Assembly (NCBI GenBank): GCA_965227775.1
Contig: OZ245777.1
Location: forward strand, 2,272,001 to 2,336,000
Direction: 5' to 3'
DNA: 64,000 nt
Source of the DNA: Phycisphaerales bacterium
Lineage (GTDB): Bacteria; Planctomycetota; Phycisphaerae; Phycisphaerales; UBA1924
Within the stretch, counting starts at the first letter, position 1. Each line of letters opens with the position of its first letter. Made by a program: the position numbers and the translations under genes. Below the pieces are notes generated by a model. It searched no databases. It was not told where the DNA came from and saw only the letters and a program-made list of their open reading frames with translations. Positions 1 through 9,443 of the stretch are shown piece after piece.

Positions 1-265
1 GCTGGTACGACTCGACGGCAAGCTGTTCAACTCGCTCCGGGCTGGCATCGGGAAACGCCATCCGAAGGTGTGCCCGTGCTCGGTCGAGCCGCTTGCTGTT
101 CATCGCACGCGTGGCGTAATAGCACCCGGTCGATCGGGCAACGGCCCGGACCATGGGCCACGGTGGGGCCGCAAGCGATCCCACGAAAATGCGAAGGCCC
201 GCCATCCCGGCGATGACGACGGGGGCGGGCAGTCCTCGGTTCGGAAGGTCCTTCTTGCGGGCCAC
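1..265 (-). CDS. Lysophospholipid/lipid A acyltransferase family protein, N-terminal part (runs off window edge)
   Basis: Manual translation from GTG at 265: MARKKDLPNRGLP...MNSKRLDRARAHLRMAFPDASPERVEQLAVESYQ, resembling the 'AxxNLxxAFP...A.xS(F/Y)' N-terminus of LpxL-type acyltransferases. Not in the ORF track because it is truncated. Confidence 0.65.
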   Translation of the reverse strand, partial: MARKKDLPNRGLPAPVVIAGMAGLRIFVGSLAAPPWPMVRAVARSTGCYYATRAMNSKRLDRARAHLRMAFPDASPERVEQLAVESYQ

Positions 266-307
266 GGCCTGTTATAGCACGCCCGCGAGGGACGATTTCA
301 GATCGGC

Positions 308-1681
308 TTAGCGGATGTCACCGAAGGGCTTGCCAACGAGGGTGTAGAACCGGTTCTGGTTCAGCACGGGGATGCCCGCCGACACGGCGCTCTCGAACAG
401 ACTGTCGTACCGCTCGACACGTGTCAGGGCTTCCTGGTACTGCATGATCTGGATCTCGGTCGCGGTGATGTCCGGCTCGGGTGGCAGTGTCGGGCGTGTG
501 CCGAGCACGAGGAAGTCGACGTCGCCCGACAGTGACTCGACGATCGTGCCGTTCCAGTTGCGGATCGCGGCCTCGATCGAACGAGTCTCGCCGAAGCTCT
601 CAAACCCGTCACCATCGGCGTCGAAGAAGCCGTACACCACGAACTTGTAGGTCTTGTTGGGGTCGTAAACCGCGTTGGCCACGACATCTCCCTGCAGCAG
701 CGGGCGGCCAGCGACAGAACCGTTGATCCGAGCGATCGAGCGATCCTCGAGGACGCGGATGATCTCCAGGTTGGCCTTACCGCGTGGGTAGTTGCCTTGC
801 GCGTCGGGCTTGATCTCTTGCGAGTCGTTGTACGCGGCGAAGGTCATGCCCAGCGTCACCTTGTCGCGCTCACCGCGGTTGATGGTGACCTGGCGATCGC
901 GCTCGTTCACGGCGACGATCACGCCGTCGACCAGCGACTCCTCGGTACGCGGCCGTACGCCGGTGCTGCGGCCCTGGCCGCGGAGCTCGCGAACCTGCTC
1001 CTCGGCGGCGCGAAGGTCGGCGCGGGCCTGATCGAGCTGGTTGCCAAGGATCGACACGCGATCGTCGGCGCGGCTGCGGATGTCCGAGACGCGGCTGTCC
1101 ATGCTCAGGCGGGCCTGGCCGTAGTCGCTGCGGAGGCTCTCGACCTCGTCGCGATAGCCGGCCACTTCGGCGCTGAGGCTGTCGATGGTGTCCTGGAAGC
1201 CGGCCTCGATTGACGCCACGCGAGCGGTCTCGTTCGCGGCGTTCTCCTGGGCGCGGGTCACTGCGGCCTGCGCCTGGTTCAGGCGGGCCTGGAGGTCCTC
1301 GTTCTGGCGGACGGCATCGCGGGCGACCATCAGCAGGGCGCTGTCATCGGCACCGGGCACGCTGTCGAGCTTCGCGTTGAGCTGGGCCAGCGAGTCGCCG
1401 CCCACGCCGGTCACACGCTGCATGACATCACGGCGAGTGTCGACGAGGTAGCCGACCAGGCTCTTCCGCTCGGCTGCCGCTTGGGCCACAAGCTGGCGTA
1501 CCTGATCCTGCGAGCGCTCGGCCGGCTGGATGAACTCGGCCGTCGCGGCCTCCATGTTGTTCACGTCGCGCTTGGCCGCTTCGGCCTGGAAGTAGAACAC
1601 CACGGTGAGCACGAACAGCACCACCACAAGGATGCTCGAAATCGCGGCGAAGATCGCCATTCCTCCACCACGTCCGGCCAT
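308..1681 (-). CDS. Membrane-anchored coiled-coil protein with C-terminal beta domain and BRCT-like domain
   Basis: One TM helix after MAGRGGG (likely start 1681), long heptad-rich region, beta-rich segment (VTINRGERDKVTLGMTF), then FVVYG...GTIVESLSGDVDFLVLG...AGIPVL, a BRCT-like pattern. Confidence 0.7.
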   Translation of the reverse strand: MAGRGGGMAIFAAISSILVVVLFVLTVVFYFQAEAAKRDVNNMEAATAEFIQPAERSQDQVRQLVAQAAAERKSLVGYLVDTRRDVMQRVTGVGGDSLAQLNAKLDSVPGADDSALLMVARDAVRQNEDLQARLNQAQAAVTRAQENAANETARVASIEAGFQDTIDSLSAEVAGYRDEVESLRSDYGQARLSMDSRVSDIRSRADDRVSILGNQLDQARADLRAAEEQVRELRGQGRSTGVRPRTEESLVDGVIVAVNERDRQVTINRGERDKVTLGMTFAAYNDSQEIKPDAQGNYPRGKANLEIIRVLEDRSIARINGSVAGRPLLQGDVVANAVYDPNKTYKFVVYGFFDADGDGFESFGETRSIEAAIRNWNGTIVESLSGDVDFLVLGTRPTLPPEPDITATEIQIMQYQEALTRVERYDSLFESAVSAGIPVLNQNRFYTLVGKPFGDIR

Positions 1682-1920
1682 CAGGGGCCCCCTTTGCTTA
1701 CTACAAGGGTTACTCGAGCGGTACCAAACCGATTCCGACAATAGGCCGAGCGGCCTCGCAAGCGGCACCGTACGCAGGTCTCATACGCCGGATCGGGCTT
1801 TCCTGTTGCCCGAGCCGGGGTGCCAAGTGTGGGCCACCAGAGCCCCCGGGTCAAGCCCGAGCCGCTCGGTGGGCGTGTCAGGCCCCTTGCCCGATGGGTG
1901 TCGGCGGCCAACCGTCATCC

Positions 1921-2277
1921 ATGGAAACCCAGCCACCACCTCCGCCGCAGCCTGCGGCTGCGCCGCCGCTTCATCCGCCAACAACGGCCGACACCACACC
2001 TTCGGCTCCGACTCCGGACGCCACCGGCGGCGTGATCCCCTACAAGAATCCGGCTGCGCTCATTGGCTATTACATGGGCATCGTCGGCTTGTTCCCAGCG
2101 TTTGGCCTGCCGCTTGCCGTCGCGGCGGTCGTGCTTGGGGTGGTTGGTCTACGCCGTCGTGCTCGAGGCCAGGCCTGGGGCGGCGTGGTCCACGCCTGGA
2201 TCGCCATCGCGCTGGGCTCGATCGCGACGCTCTACAACAGCTTCTTTGCGTTTACCATCGTGGCCGCGATGTTCTGA
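1921..2277 (+). CDS. Small membrane protein, DUF4190-like
   Basis: Pro-rich N-terminus, IPYKNPAALIGYY motif, hydrophobic helices ending in HAWIAIALG. Confidence 0.65.
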   Translation: METQPPPPPQPAAAPPLHPPTTADTTPSAPTPDATGGVIPYKNPAALIGYYMGIVGLFPAFGLPLAVAAVVLGVVGLRRRARGQAWGGVVHAWIAIALGSIATLYNSFFAFTIVAAMF

Positions 2278-2364
2278 GCCCGGCGCCGCGCTGACACGCG
2301 GCGGTGTGTTTTCCGATAAACGAAGCGACCGAACACCGATTCCGACCTCGGGGGAGCCGCCACC

Positions 2365-2859
2365 ATGGCCGAGTATTACTACACCGACGCCAACCGCCAG
2401 CCCGCTGGCCCCGTGCCGTTCGACGAGCTGCGATCGATGTTCCAGCAGGGCAAGCTCGCAAGCGGCGCACTCGTAGCCGAAGTGGGGGCCAGCGAGTGGA
2501 AGCCGGCAGCCGAGGTATTCGGAGCGGGTGTTGGCGCCGGTGGAGACGCTGGTGCTTCGGTGCCGCCTGTCAGCCCGACAGGCGAGATCGGCGTCGATGA
2601 TCCGTTCGAGCCTACGGCCGGCTGGGCGTTCGGTTTAGGGATCTCTTCCTGGGTATGCATTGGCATCCTGGGTGCCATCCCCGGCGTCATCCTGGGCCAC
2701 ATCGCGCTTGGGAGAATGAAGCGCGAGGGCAACCGCAACCAGACCGCCAAGGTGCTGGCGATCATCGGCCTGGTGCTCAGCTACATCCAGATCGGCCTCA
2801 CGGTCGTGTTCGCAGGGTTCTTCATCCTGGCGGCGCTGGCGGGCGGGCTCAACCCGTAG
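2365..2859 (+). CDS. GYF_2 (DUF4339) + DUF4190 membrane protein
   Basis: YYY...GPVPFDELRSM...LV...WKP GYF-like N-terminus; AIPGVILGHIAL...LAIIGLVLSY DUF4190 pattern. Confidence 0.8.
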   Translation: MAEYYYTDANRQPAGPVPFDELRSMFQQGKLASGALVAEVGASEWKPAAEVFGAGVGAGGDAGASVPPVSPTGEIGVDDPFEPTAGWAFGLGISSWVCIGILGAIPGVILGHIALGRMKREGNRNQTAKVLAIIGLVLSYIQIGLTVVFAGFFILAALAGGLNP

Positions 2860-2861
2860 GC

Positions 2862-3998
2862 TCAATGCTTCACGATCGTCTCGGGCTCGTCTTGGGCTTC
2901 GGCGGCAGCCGCGACGTGATCCGCGGGGAACTCTTCGGGGTGTGGTCCGACGGGTGCGGGTTGCTTCCAGAGTGCGAAGAGAGGCGGCTTGCCCCGCGAA
3001 GCTCTGTGCTGGCTCCAGAGCATCGAGCCCGCTCCGGCGACCGCGATCGCTCCAGCGACCCACTGACCGCTGGTGAGCAACTCCTTGAACATCACTAGGC
3101 TGGCGATGCTCACCACAAACGGCTGCAACTGGATGACGCCATTCGCGACGGCGACGCCCAAGCGGTTGATCGACATGTAGTACGCCACGTGCCCTAGCGC
3201 GATGCCTATGACGCTACTGGCCAGCAGCAGCCAGAAGCCCAGAACGCTCAATGCACCATCGTCCGCCCACGCCTCGGGCAGCGCTGTCATCCCGTAGGCC
3301 GTTCCCAAGCCGAGCATCAGGCCCACCATCGCCAAGGCGGTGTACTGGCTGATGGCGGCGAAAGCGATGATCGAGTTCACCCCAACCATGTACTTGCGCA
3401 CGCTCAGGGCATAACAGGCGAAGAGACCGCCGGCCGCGATCGAGAGCGTCACGCCGACGAGGCGCGCCATCCCTGGATTGCCGGCTAGAACACCGCTCGC
3501 TTCGCTTGCGGTCGAGGGCTTATCAGGGGCGAACAAGATCGTTGCGCTCGTGCCGCCAACCACGAGCACGATGCCAAGCAGGAAGAGCGGCCGGCGGATG
3601 ACCTCGCGTTCGCTGACAAAGAGCAGCGCCGCACCAACCGTCACGAACACGATGTGGGCCCGCAATGCGAACGTCAGCATGCCCGGATCGAGCATGTAGT
3701 GAGCCCATGTGAAGCACACCTGCCCGACGATGTTGAATGCCGCGGGCACCAGCGCGAGTCTGAAGAGGCCCGCGGGCAGCTTCTTTCGCAAGCCAACGAC
3801 GATGAGGACAGGTAGCCAAATGAGGGCAGCAAAGCCGTATCGCCAGCCGTTGCTAGTCCAGCCGTCGATGTCCTCGGCAAAGTACCGCAGGAAGAGCGGT
3901 ATGCTCGACCAGCCCAGCAGCGTCAGAATGACCAGGAACACGCCGCCGAGCTGGCTCGGGGCGCTGCCATTCGATGGTTCGTCGCTCACCTGCGCCAC
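2862..3998 (-). CDS. DMT/EamA family transporter
   Basis: About 10 TM helices in two EamA-like repeats. Confidence 0.8.
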   Translation of the reverse strand: MAQVSDEPSNGSAPSQLGGVFLVILTLLGWSSIPLFLRYFAEDIDGWTSNGWRYGFAALIWLPVLIVVGLRKKLPAGLFRLALVPAAFNIVGQVCFTWAHYMLDPGMLTFALRAHIVFVTVGAALLFVSEREVIRRPLFLLGIVLVVGGTSATILFAPDKPSTASEASGVLAGNPGMARLVGVTLSIAAGGLFACYALSVRKYMVGVNSIIAFAAISQYTALAMVGLMLGLGTAYGMTALPEAWADDGALSVLGFWLLLASSVIGIALGHVAYYMSINRLGVAVANGVIQLQPFVVSIASLVMFKELLTSGQWVAGAIAVAGAGSMLWSQHRASRGKPPLFALWKQPAPVGPHPEEFPADHVAAAAEAQDEPETIVKH

Positions 3999-4520
3999 TC
4001 AGGACGCGTCTTCTTCGACTCGGGGCTTGGGCTTGCGGGCGGGCGGCTTCGGCCGTGCGACGATCATCGTGACGAACGTCTGCAGGCTCACGGCAGCGAT
4101 CGCGACGAGCGCGCCACGGAGGTAGCCCTTGTCGTACTCGGGGTACTTGTTCTCGTCGAAGAACTTCTCGCGCGCCGCCGGCGTGTTGATGCCGCCACCC
4201 TGCACACGCTGCTCCCAGAGAGCCACGCCCTCCTGGTAGCTCTTGCTTGCCTCGTGGGCGACGTATGCCCGGTGGCCCACGGCGATGGCCACAAGCAGCG
4301 GGATGACGATGCCCGCGTGGATGCCGATCATCCCCACGAGACGGTTCTTGTGGATGAGCAGCGCCATGATGGCACAGCCCAGGCTCACGGCAGCAACCGC
4401 GATCGGCACGATCAGGGCCGTCGCGGCGTTGGCACCCTCGGGTGCGTCGCTGTATGCGAGGATGCCCAGAGCAACAACGAGAACGGCGTAGAGCACGAGG
4501 ATGGCAACGGCTTTGAACAT
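3999..4520 (-). CDS. Hypothetical membrane protein (about 4 TM)
   Basis: Hydrophobic helices; directly abuts the DMT gene; TATCCT 6 nt before the ATG. Confidence 0.7.
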   Translation of the reverse strand: MFKAVAILVLYAVLVVALGILAYSDAPEGANAATALIVPIAVAAVSLGCAIMALLIHKNRLVGMIGIHAGIVIPLLVAIAVGHRAYVAHEASKSYQEGVALWEQRVQGGGINTPAAREKFFDENKYPEYDKGYLRGALVAIAAVSLQTFVTMIVARPKPPARKPKPRVEEDAS

Positions 4521-4552
4521 GCAGAGAGGATAGGACGGGTTCGCGGCAGTTG

Positions 4553-5650
4553 TTAGGCTTGGCTTCCAGCGTTGCGCTTCGCGCGTTCCGCTTCGATGGT
4601 GCTCAGCACGTCGGCCTGGTGGTCGGCGTGGTAGCTCGAACGGACGAGTGGCCCACTCTCGATGACCTTGAACCCTCGCTTGAGGCCCTCTTCCTTGTAC
4701 ATCGCAAAGGTGTCGGGGTGCACCCAGCGATCGATGGGAAGGTGGTTTCTCGTGGGCTGTAGGTACTGGCCGATGGTGAGGATGTCGCAGGAGTCATCGG
4801 AGCCGTCGGGGCCCTTGGCGCGGGTGCCCTCGAGGACCTCGTCAAAGAGGGCGAGCACCTCTTCGTCCTTCTCGCCGATCCCGACCATGATGCCCGTCTT
4901 GGCAACGCCGCCCTGTTCCTTTACGCGGCGTAGGAGTTCCAATGAGCGATCGAATTTCGCGCTCGGGCGCACGGCGGGGTACATGCGCCGGACGCACTCG
5001 AGGTTGTGGTTGATGATGTGCGGCTGGGCGTCGATGACCATCTGGAGCGCCGCCCAGTTCCCCTCGAAATCAGGAATGAGCACCTCGAGCGACATGCCCG
5101 GGCAGGCCTCGCGACCCCGCATGATGGTCTCGGCCCAGATGCCTGCACCACCGTCGGCCAATTCGTCCCGGTTCACGCTGGTGATGACCACGTGCTTCAG
5201 CTTGGCCTGCTGGTGCATGAGCCTAAGGCTCTCTGCAACGCGGCGGGGCTCGTCCTTATCAAGCACGGGAGGGCGGCCGGTCTTCACGTTGCAAAAGCCG
5301 CAGGCCCGCGTGCAGGTATCGCCCAGGATCATGATGGTGGCCACGCCCCGAGCCCAGCACTCGCCCATGTTGGGGCACCCAGCCTCCTGGCACACGGTGA
5401 ACAGACCGTGCTCGTCCATGATCGCCTTGACCTTCTCGTAGCCCGCGCCGCCGGGGAGCTTGGCCTTGAGCCAACTCGGCTTTCGCTTGTTGGCCAGATG
5501 CTGGGGCCCCTCGTTGTTCAGCACCTGGCTGGTGAGGCTCAGGATCGGCTTGTCAACGCGGCGTAAGGGATTGCCCCCTGCTGGACGAGGGTGCCGGGGC
5601 GTTGGGTTGGCAGGCGTCGGCTGGGAGTCGGCATGAGGAGCAACGGCCAT
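4553..5650 (-). CDS. lipA: Lipoyl synthase
   Basis: CQEAGCPNMGEC and CTRACGFC motifs, TIGQYLQP, VRSSYHA. Start placed at MAVAPH (5650), with TATCCT 5 nt upstream. Confidence 0.95.
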   Translation of the reverse strand: MAVAPHADSQPTPANPTPRHPRPAGGNPLRRVDKPILSLTSQVLNNEGPQHLANKRKPSWLKAKLPGGAGYEKVKAIMDEHGLFTVCQEAGCPNMGECWARGVATIMILGDTCTRACGFCNVKTGRPPVLDKDEPRRVAESLRLMHQQAKLKHVVITSVNRDELADGGAGIWAETIMRGREACPGMSLEVLIPDFEGNWAALQMVIDAQPHIINHNLECVRRMYPAVRPSAKFDRSLELLRRVKEQGGVAKTGIMVGIGEKDEEVLALFDEVLEGTRAKGPDGSDDSCDILTIGQYLQPTRNHLPIDRWVHPDTFAMYKEEGLKRGFKVIESGPLVRSSYHADHQADVLSTIEAERAKRNAGSQA

Positions 5651-5874
5651 CACTGAGGATAGGAAAGCCGGCCCCGTAAATTGTTCGGTTCTCGGGTGTT
5701 CCGACTCAGCCCGGGGCCGATTCGTGACGATGCAGGATTCGTGCCGACCTCGGGCGAACCCGGGGCTGGCCATGGAGTATGGCATCAGGCCGGGCTTTGT
5801 GGAGCCTCCGGCGGCTTTCGGGCATTGGCCTGATAACAATCGAGACCTTCGGCCGAGCCAAGGGTGGCTCGAGC

Positions 5875-7422
5875 ATGACGAACGAGACGGTGTTCTCGCA
5901 GAGGGCAAGGGGTGCGTTCCCGATGACCGACACGACACGATCGACTCCCGGCAGCCTCACCGGACGCGGCCGCCGACTGCTCGCCCCGGCCCTGCTCGCG
6001 GGCGCCACGCTGCTTGGCGGCTGCGGCGTCCACAGCTGGTTCGACCAGAGTGTGGTGGGACGCTGGGAGGTCACGCCGACGACCGCTCCGATCCTCGACC
6101 GCATCGCTGCCATCGAGGGCCCCGATGACGGCTTCGTCCAGTACAGCGAGGTCACGCCCGATGACCTGGTGCCGCGCCCGCGCGAGTACCGGGTCGGCCC
6201 GGGCGACTTCCTGCAGATCATCGTCTTCGACCTGCGGCCCGGTGGCGCGCCTGGCGAGTTCCAGACGGCCGTGGACACCCGCGGCATGGTCTACCTCGAA
6301 GAGGTCGGCGAGGTGCAGGTTGCCGGCCTGACCGCAGACGGCATCCGCGAGGCGATCTCCCAGGCTGTCGTCGAGTTCGTGACCAGGCCCCAGGTCCTCG
6401 TCCGTGTGCTGGAGCGCCGCCAGGCGACGTACACGATGGTCGGGGCGGTCCCGGGCACGGGCAAGTTCCCGATTCCGAAGGCCGACTGGTTCCTCATGGA
6501 TGCCCTCGCCGAGGCGGGCTGGCTTCGTGAGGGAACCCGCGAGATCTACATCATCCGACAGATCCCCCTCTCGGAGAGTCGTCGCGTCGACTTTGGCGCC
6601 CGCACTCCTGGGAGCGAAGAGGGCGACGCCGCGCCGGCGAGCGGAGACGAACTCCTCGGCGACATTGATCGTTTGCTCGACGGTGACGCTCGTCCCGGTG
6701 CGTTCAGCGTGGCGCAGGAAGGTTCGCAGGCCGGCGAGCAGCCGTCCGTCGACCTGATCGACGAGCCGACGCGCCGCGTCCAGCCCTCGCAAGACAGCCA
6801 AGGACTCGGCGACGACACCACGTGGATGTTTCTCGACGGGCAGTGGGTGCGTGTGAACCCGGGCAGGGTGGCTTCGCGCCAGGCTGCCGAGGGTAGTGGC
6901 GTGCTGACGTCGGCCGATTCGATCAACCAATTGGTCACGCAGCGGATCATCCGCATACCGGCCCAGAAGCTGATCGAGGGCGACATGCGGTACAACGTTG
7001 TGATCGAGCCGGGCGATATCGTCCGCGTCCCGCAGCGTCTGGACGGTCTGTACTTCGTTGCCGGATTCGTGAATCGCCCCGGCGGCTTCGCGCTCGCCCA
7101 GAAGCTGACGCTCATGCGTGCCATCGATCAGGCCGGCGGTGTCAATCAGCTGGGCGTGCCCGAGCGAATCGAACTCGTCCGCATGCTCGAGAACGATCGT
7201 CAGGCGATCATCCAACTTGATCTGCGGGCCATTAACCGAGGCGTCGAGCCCGACATCTATCTCAAGCCGAACGACCGCATCAACGTGGGGTCGTCCATCT
7301 GGGCGTACCCGCTGGCTGTTGTCCGCAATGGTTTCCGTGCCTCGTATGGCTTCGGCTTCCTGCTGGACCGGAACTTCGGCAACGATGTCTTCGGCCCGCC
7401 GCCGCTCGATAGCCGCTTCTAA
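5875..7422 (+). CDS. Polysaccharide export (OPX/Wza-like) lipoprotein with SLBB domains
   Basis: Lipobox LLGGC; YRVGPGDFLQI...VDTRGMVYL...VAGLT Poly_export signature; SLBB repeats. Start is 5875 or 5923. Confidence 0.85.
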   Translation: MTNETVFSQRARGAFPMTDTTRSTPGSLTGRGRRLLAPALLAGATLLGGCGVHSWFDQSVVGRWEVTPTTAPILDRIAAIEGPDDGFVQYSEVTPDDLVPRPREYRVGPGDFLQIIVFDLRPGGAPGEFQTAVDTRGMVYLEEVGEVQVAGLTADGIREAISQAVVEFVTRPQVLVRVLERRQATYTMVGAVPGTGKFPIPKADWFLMDALAEAGWLREGTREIYIIRQIPLSESRRVDFGARTPGSEEGDAAPASGDELLGDIDRLLDGDARPGAFSVAQEGSQAGEQPSVDLIDEPTRRVQPSQDSQGLGDDTTWMFLDGQWVRVNPGRVASRQAAEGSGVLTSADSINQLVTQRIIRIPAQKLIEGDMRYNVVIEPGDIVRVPQRLDGLYFVAGFVNRPGGFALAQKLTLMRAIDQAGGVNQLGVPERIELVRMLENDRQAIIQLDLRAINRGVEPDIYLKPNDRINVGSSIWAYPLAVVRNGFRASYGFGFLLDRNFGNDVFGPPPLDSRF

Positions 7423-7512
7423 CGAGCCTCCCGGGGGTGGCCTGGGGTTTCGCAGAACACGCCTGCGTCCGGGGCGTAGCACCCGGACGCAGGCGAGAGC
7501 CCAAGAGGGGAG

Positions 7513-8502
7513 TTGTGTCGCGTGAGCGTGGCGTCGGCATCGCAGAGCTTGAGCCAGGAACGCGCCCCAGCGGCGCTCGGCTCGCTGCGCTGGCAGGGCG
7601 TCGCGACACTCGGCATGATCGCGCTGATCGGATTCGCGTGGCTGTTCCGCGAGTGGTTCCTCGTGCAGGGCACGATCAGCTTCCGGCAGTTGGATGATTG
7701 GGGGCACGCGTTTGCGGTCCCGGCTATCGCGGGCTACTTGCTCTACCAGCGACGTGATCGGCTCCTGGCGGCGCGGGTCAAGCCATTTTGGCCGGGCTTG
7801 TTGCCGCTCTTGCTGGGCATCGCCTGCTATGTCTTCTTCATTGTGGGCGTGCCTACGCACATGATGCAGGGCTTTGCGCTCGTGCTGGCGATCTTCGGAT
7901 TCGTGCTGCTGGTCTTCGGCCCGCACGTGATGCGCGTCGCGATCATGCCGATCGCGTTCTTGCTGTTCGCGGTGACGATTTCGGAACGCGTGATGATTGC
8001 CATCACGTTCCAACTCCAGCTCATCGCCAGCCAGGGCGGGTACCTTCTGCTCACCATCTTCGGCTTCCCGTTCGGCATCGAGTCTTCGGTCGATGGCAAC
8101 ATCATCAGCGTTATGGATGAGGCTGGCGCATCGCACCAGCTCAACGTCGCCGAAGCGTGCAGCGGCATGCGCATGGTGGTGGCGTTTATTGCCCTGGGTG
8201 CCGCCGTTGCCCTCACGCAGTGCCGCCACTGGTGGCAGCGGGTCGCAGTGGTGTTGCTTTCGCTGCCTGTTGCCATCGCTCTCAATGTCGTTCGCGTTGC
8301 GGTGCTTGGCTTCCTGACCGTGCTGGTCGATCCGGACCTTGCTTCGGGCGAAGCGCACATGCTCATCGGCACACTGCTACTCATCCCAGGCCTCGCGGTG
8401 TTCCTGCTGCTGGTCTGGATCTTGAACCGCGTGGTCAGCGACGAGCCTGAGTCCGAGGCAAATGCAGATACCAAGGCCGATCCCAAGGCGGTGCAGGCGT
8501 GA
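7513..8502 (+). CDS. Exosortase/archaeosortase family protein
   Basis: Multi-TM; WGHAFAVP; catalytic triad candidates VAEACSGMR (Cys), NVVRV (Arg), EAHMLIG (His). Confidence 0.92.
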   Translation: MCRVSVASASQSLSQERAPAALGSLRWQGVATLGMIALIGFAWLFREWFLVQGTISFRQLDDWGHAFAVPAIAGYLLYQRRDRLLAARVKPFWPGLLPLLLGIACYVFFIVGVPTHMMQGFALVLAIFGFVLLVFGPHVMRVAIMPIAFLLFAVTISERVMIAITFQLQLIASQGGYLLLTIFGFPFGIESSVDGNIISVMDEAGASHQLNVAEACSGMRMVVAFIALGAAVALTQCRHWWQRVAVVLLSLPVAIALNVVRVAVLGFLTVLVDPDLASGEAHMLIGTLLLIPGLAVFLLLVWILNRVVSDEPESEANADTKADPKAVQA

Positions 8503-9398
8503 CCAACCCCGGATCGACCCTGTTCGGACTGCCTCGTGGCGTTGTCATCGCCGCATCGGTTGCTGTAGCGTTGCTTGTTGCATCGGGTGCCGTGCTTGGT
8601 CTCTCGATCCGAGCCCTTGACCTGTACCTTCAGAAGAGCCCGATCTACCCGCGCACGGGACTCGAGATGCGCGACGTGCCGCCCGAGAGCCCCAACTGGC
8701 GCCGCGTTGGTCCCGACCGCTTCGAGTCCGGCGAGATCGAAGACACGCTCGGCACGACCAACTACGTGACTCGCACGTACGAAGAGAAAAACACCGGGGG
8801 TGATCTCCCTCGACGGATCGATGTGCATCTGGCGTACTACACGGGCTCCATCGACACGGTGCCGCACATTCCTGAGCGGTGTTTTGTTGGTGGTGGCATG
8901 CAGATCGGCAGCGGCACACGGGTAGTAGACGTTCCGCTGGATGCCAGCCGTTGGCTCCCGATGCGCGACGCGCCCGACGTCATGCAGGGGCGGGCGTTTA
9001 CCACGACGCTGGCCCGTGGTAGCTACTCCAACCGGCCCGGGCAGCGCGTACTGCTGCCGCTCGACCCGCAAGACCTGCAGCTACGCGTGACCGAGTTCAC
9101 GGTTCCCGGGGCTCCGAGCCTGTACGCGGGATACTTCTTCATCGTGAACGGTGAGCATCGATCGAGCGCCGAGGGCGTCCGGCTGCTCGCGTTCGATCTT
9201 AAGACTGACTATGCGTATTACCTCAAAGTCCAGTTCAACAGCCAGCGGGTCGAGTCACCCGAGGAACTGGCAGAGGTCGCGGGCGCTCTGCTCGACGACA
9301 TCCTGGGTGAGCTCATGCTGTGCGTGCCCGATTGGGCCGAAGTGACCACGGGCGAATGGCCCGAAGACAACGACAGAAGTCCCGCATCGCGGGGGTAG
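8499..9398 (+). CDS. Exosortase-associated EpsI-like protein
   Basis: N-terminal TM, LGTTNYVTRTY, YYTG..DTVPHIPERCFVGGG (HxPxxC..GG motif); 4-bp overlap with the exosortase gene. Confidence 0.8.
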   Translation: MTNPGSTLFGLPRGVVIAASVAVALLVASGAVLGLSIRALDLYLQKSPIYPRTGLEMRDVPPESPNWRRVGPDRFESGEIEDTLGTTNYVTRTYEEKNTGGDLPRRIDVHLAYYTGSIDTVPHIPERCFVGGGMQIGSGTRVVDVPLDASRWLPMRDAPDVMQGRAFTTTLARGSYSNRPGQRVLLPLDPQDLQLRVTEFTVPGAPSLYAGYFFIVNGEHRSSAEGVRLLAFDLKTDYAYYLKVQFNSQRVESPEELAEVAGALLDDILGELMLCVPDWAEVTTGEWPEDNDRSPASRG

Positions 9399-9443
9399 TG
9401 GTGGTGGCGCTAGGTGGCGCCATCGACGACACGGAGGCGGACA

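Noticed and set aside
5785..8358. 857-aa minus-strand ORF, and similar long antisense ORFs at 9255-10871, 11592-12977, 24975-26690 and 49441-51036
   Set aside because: Shadow frames opposite well-supported genes in high-GC DNA; no recognisable motifs.
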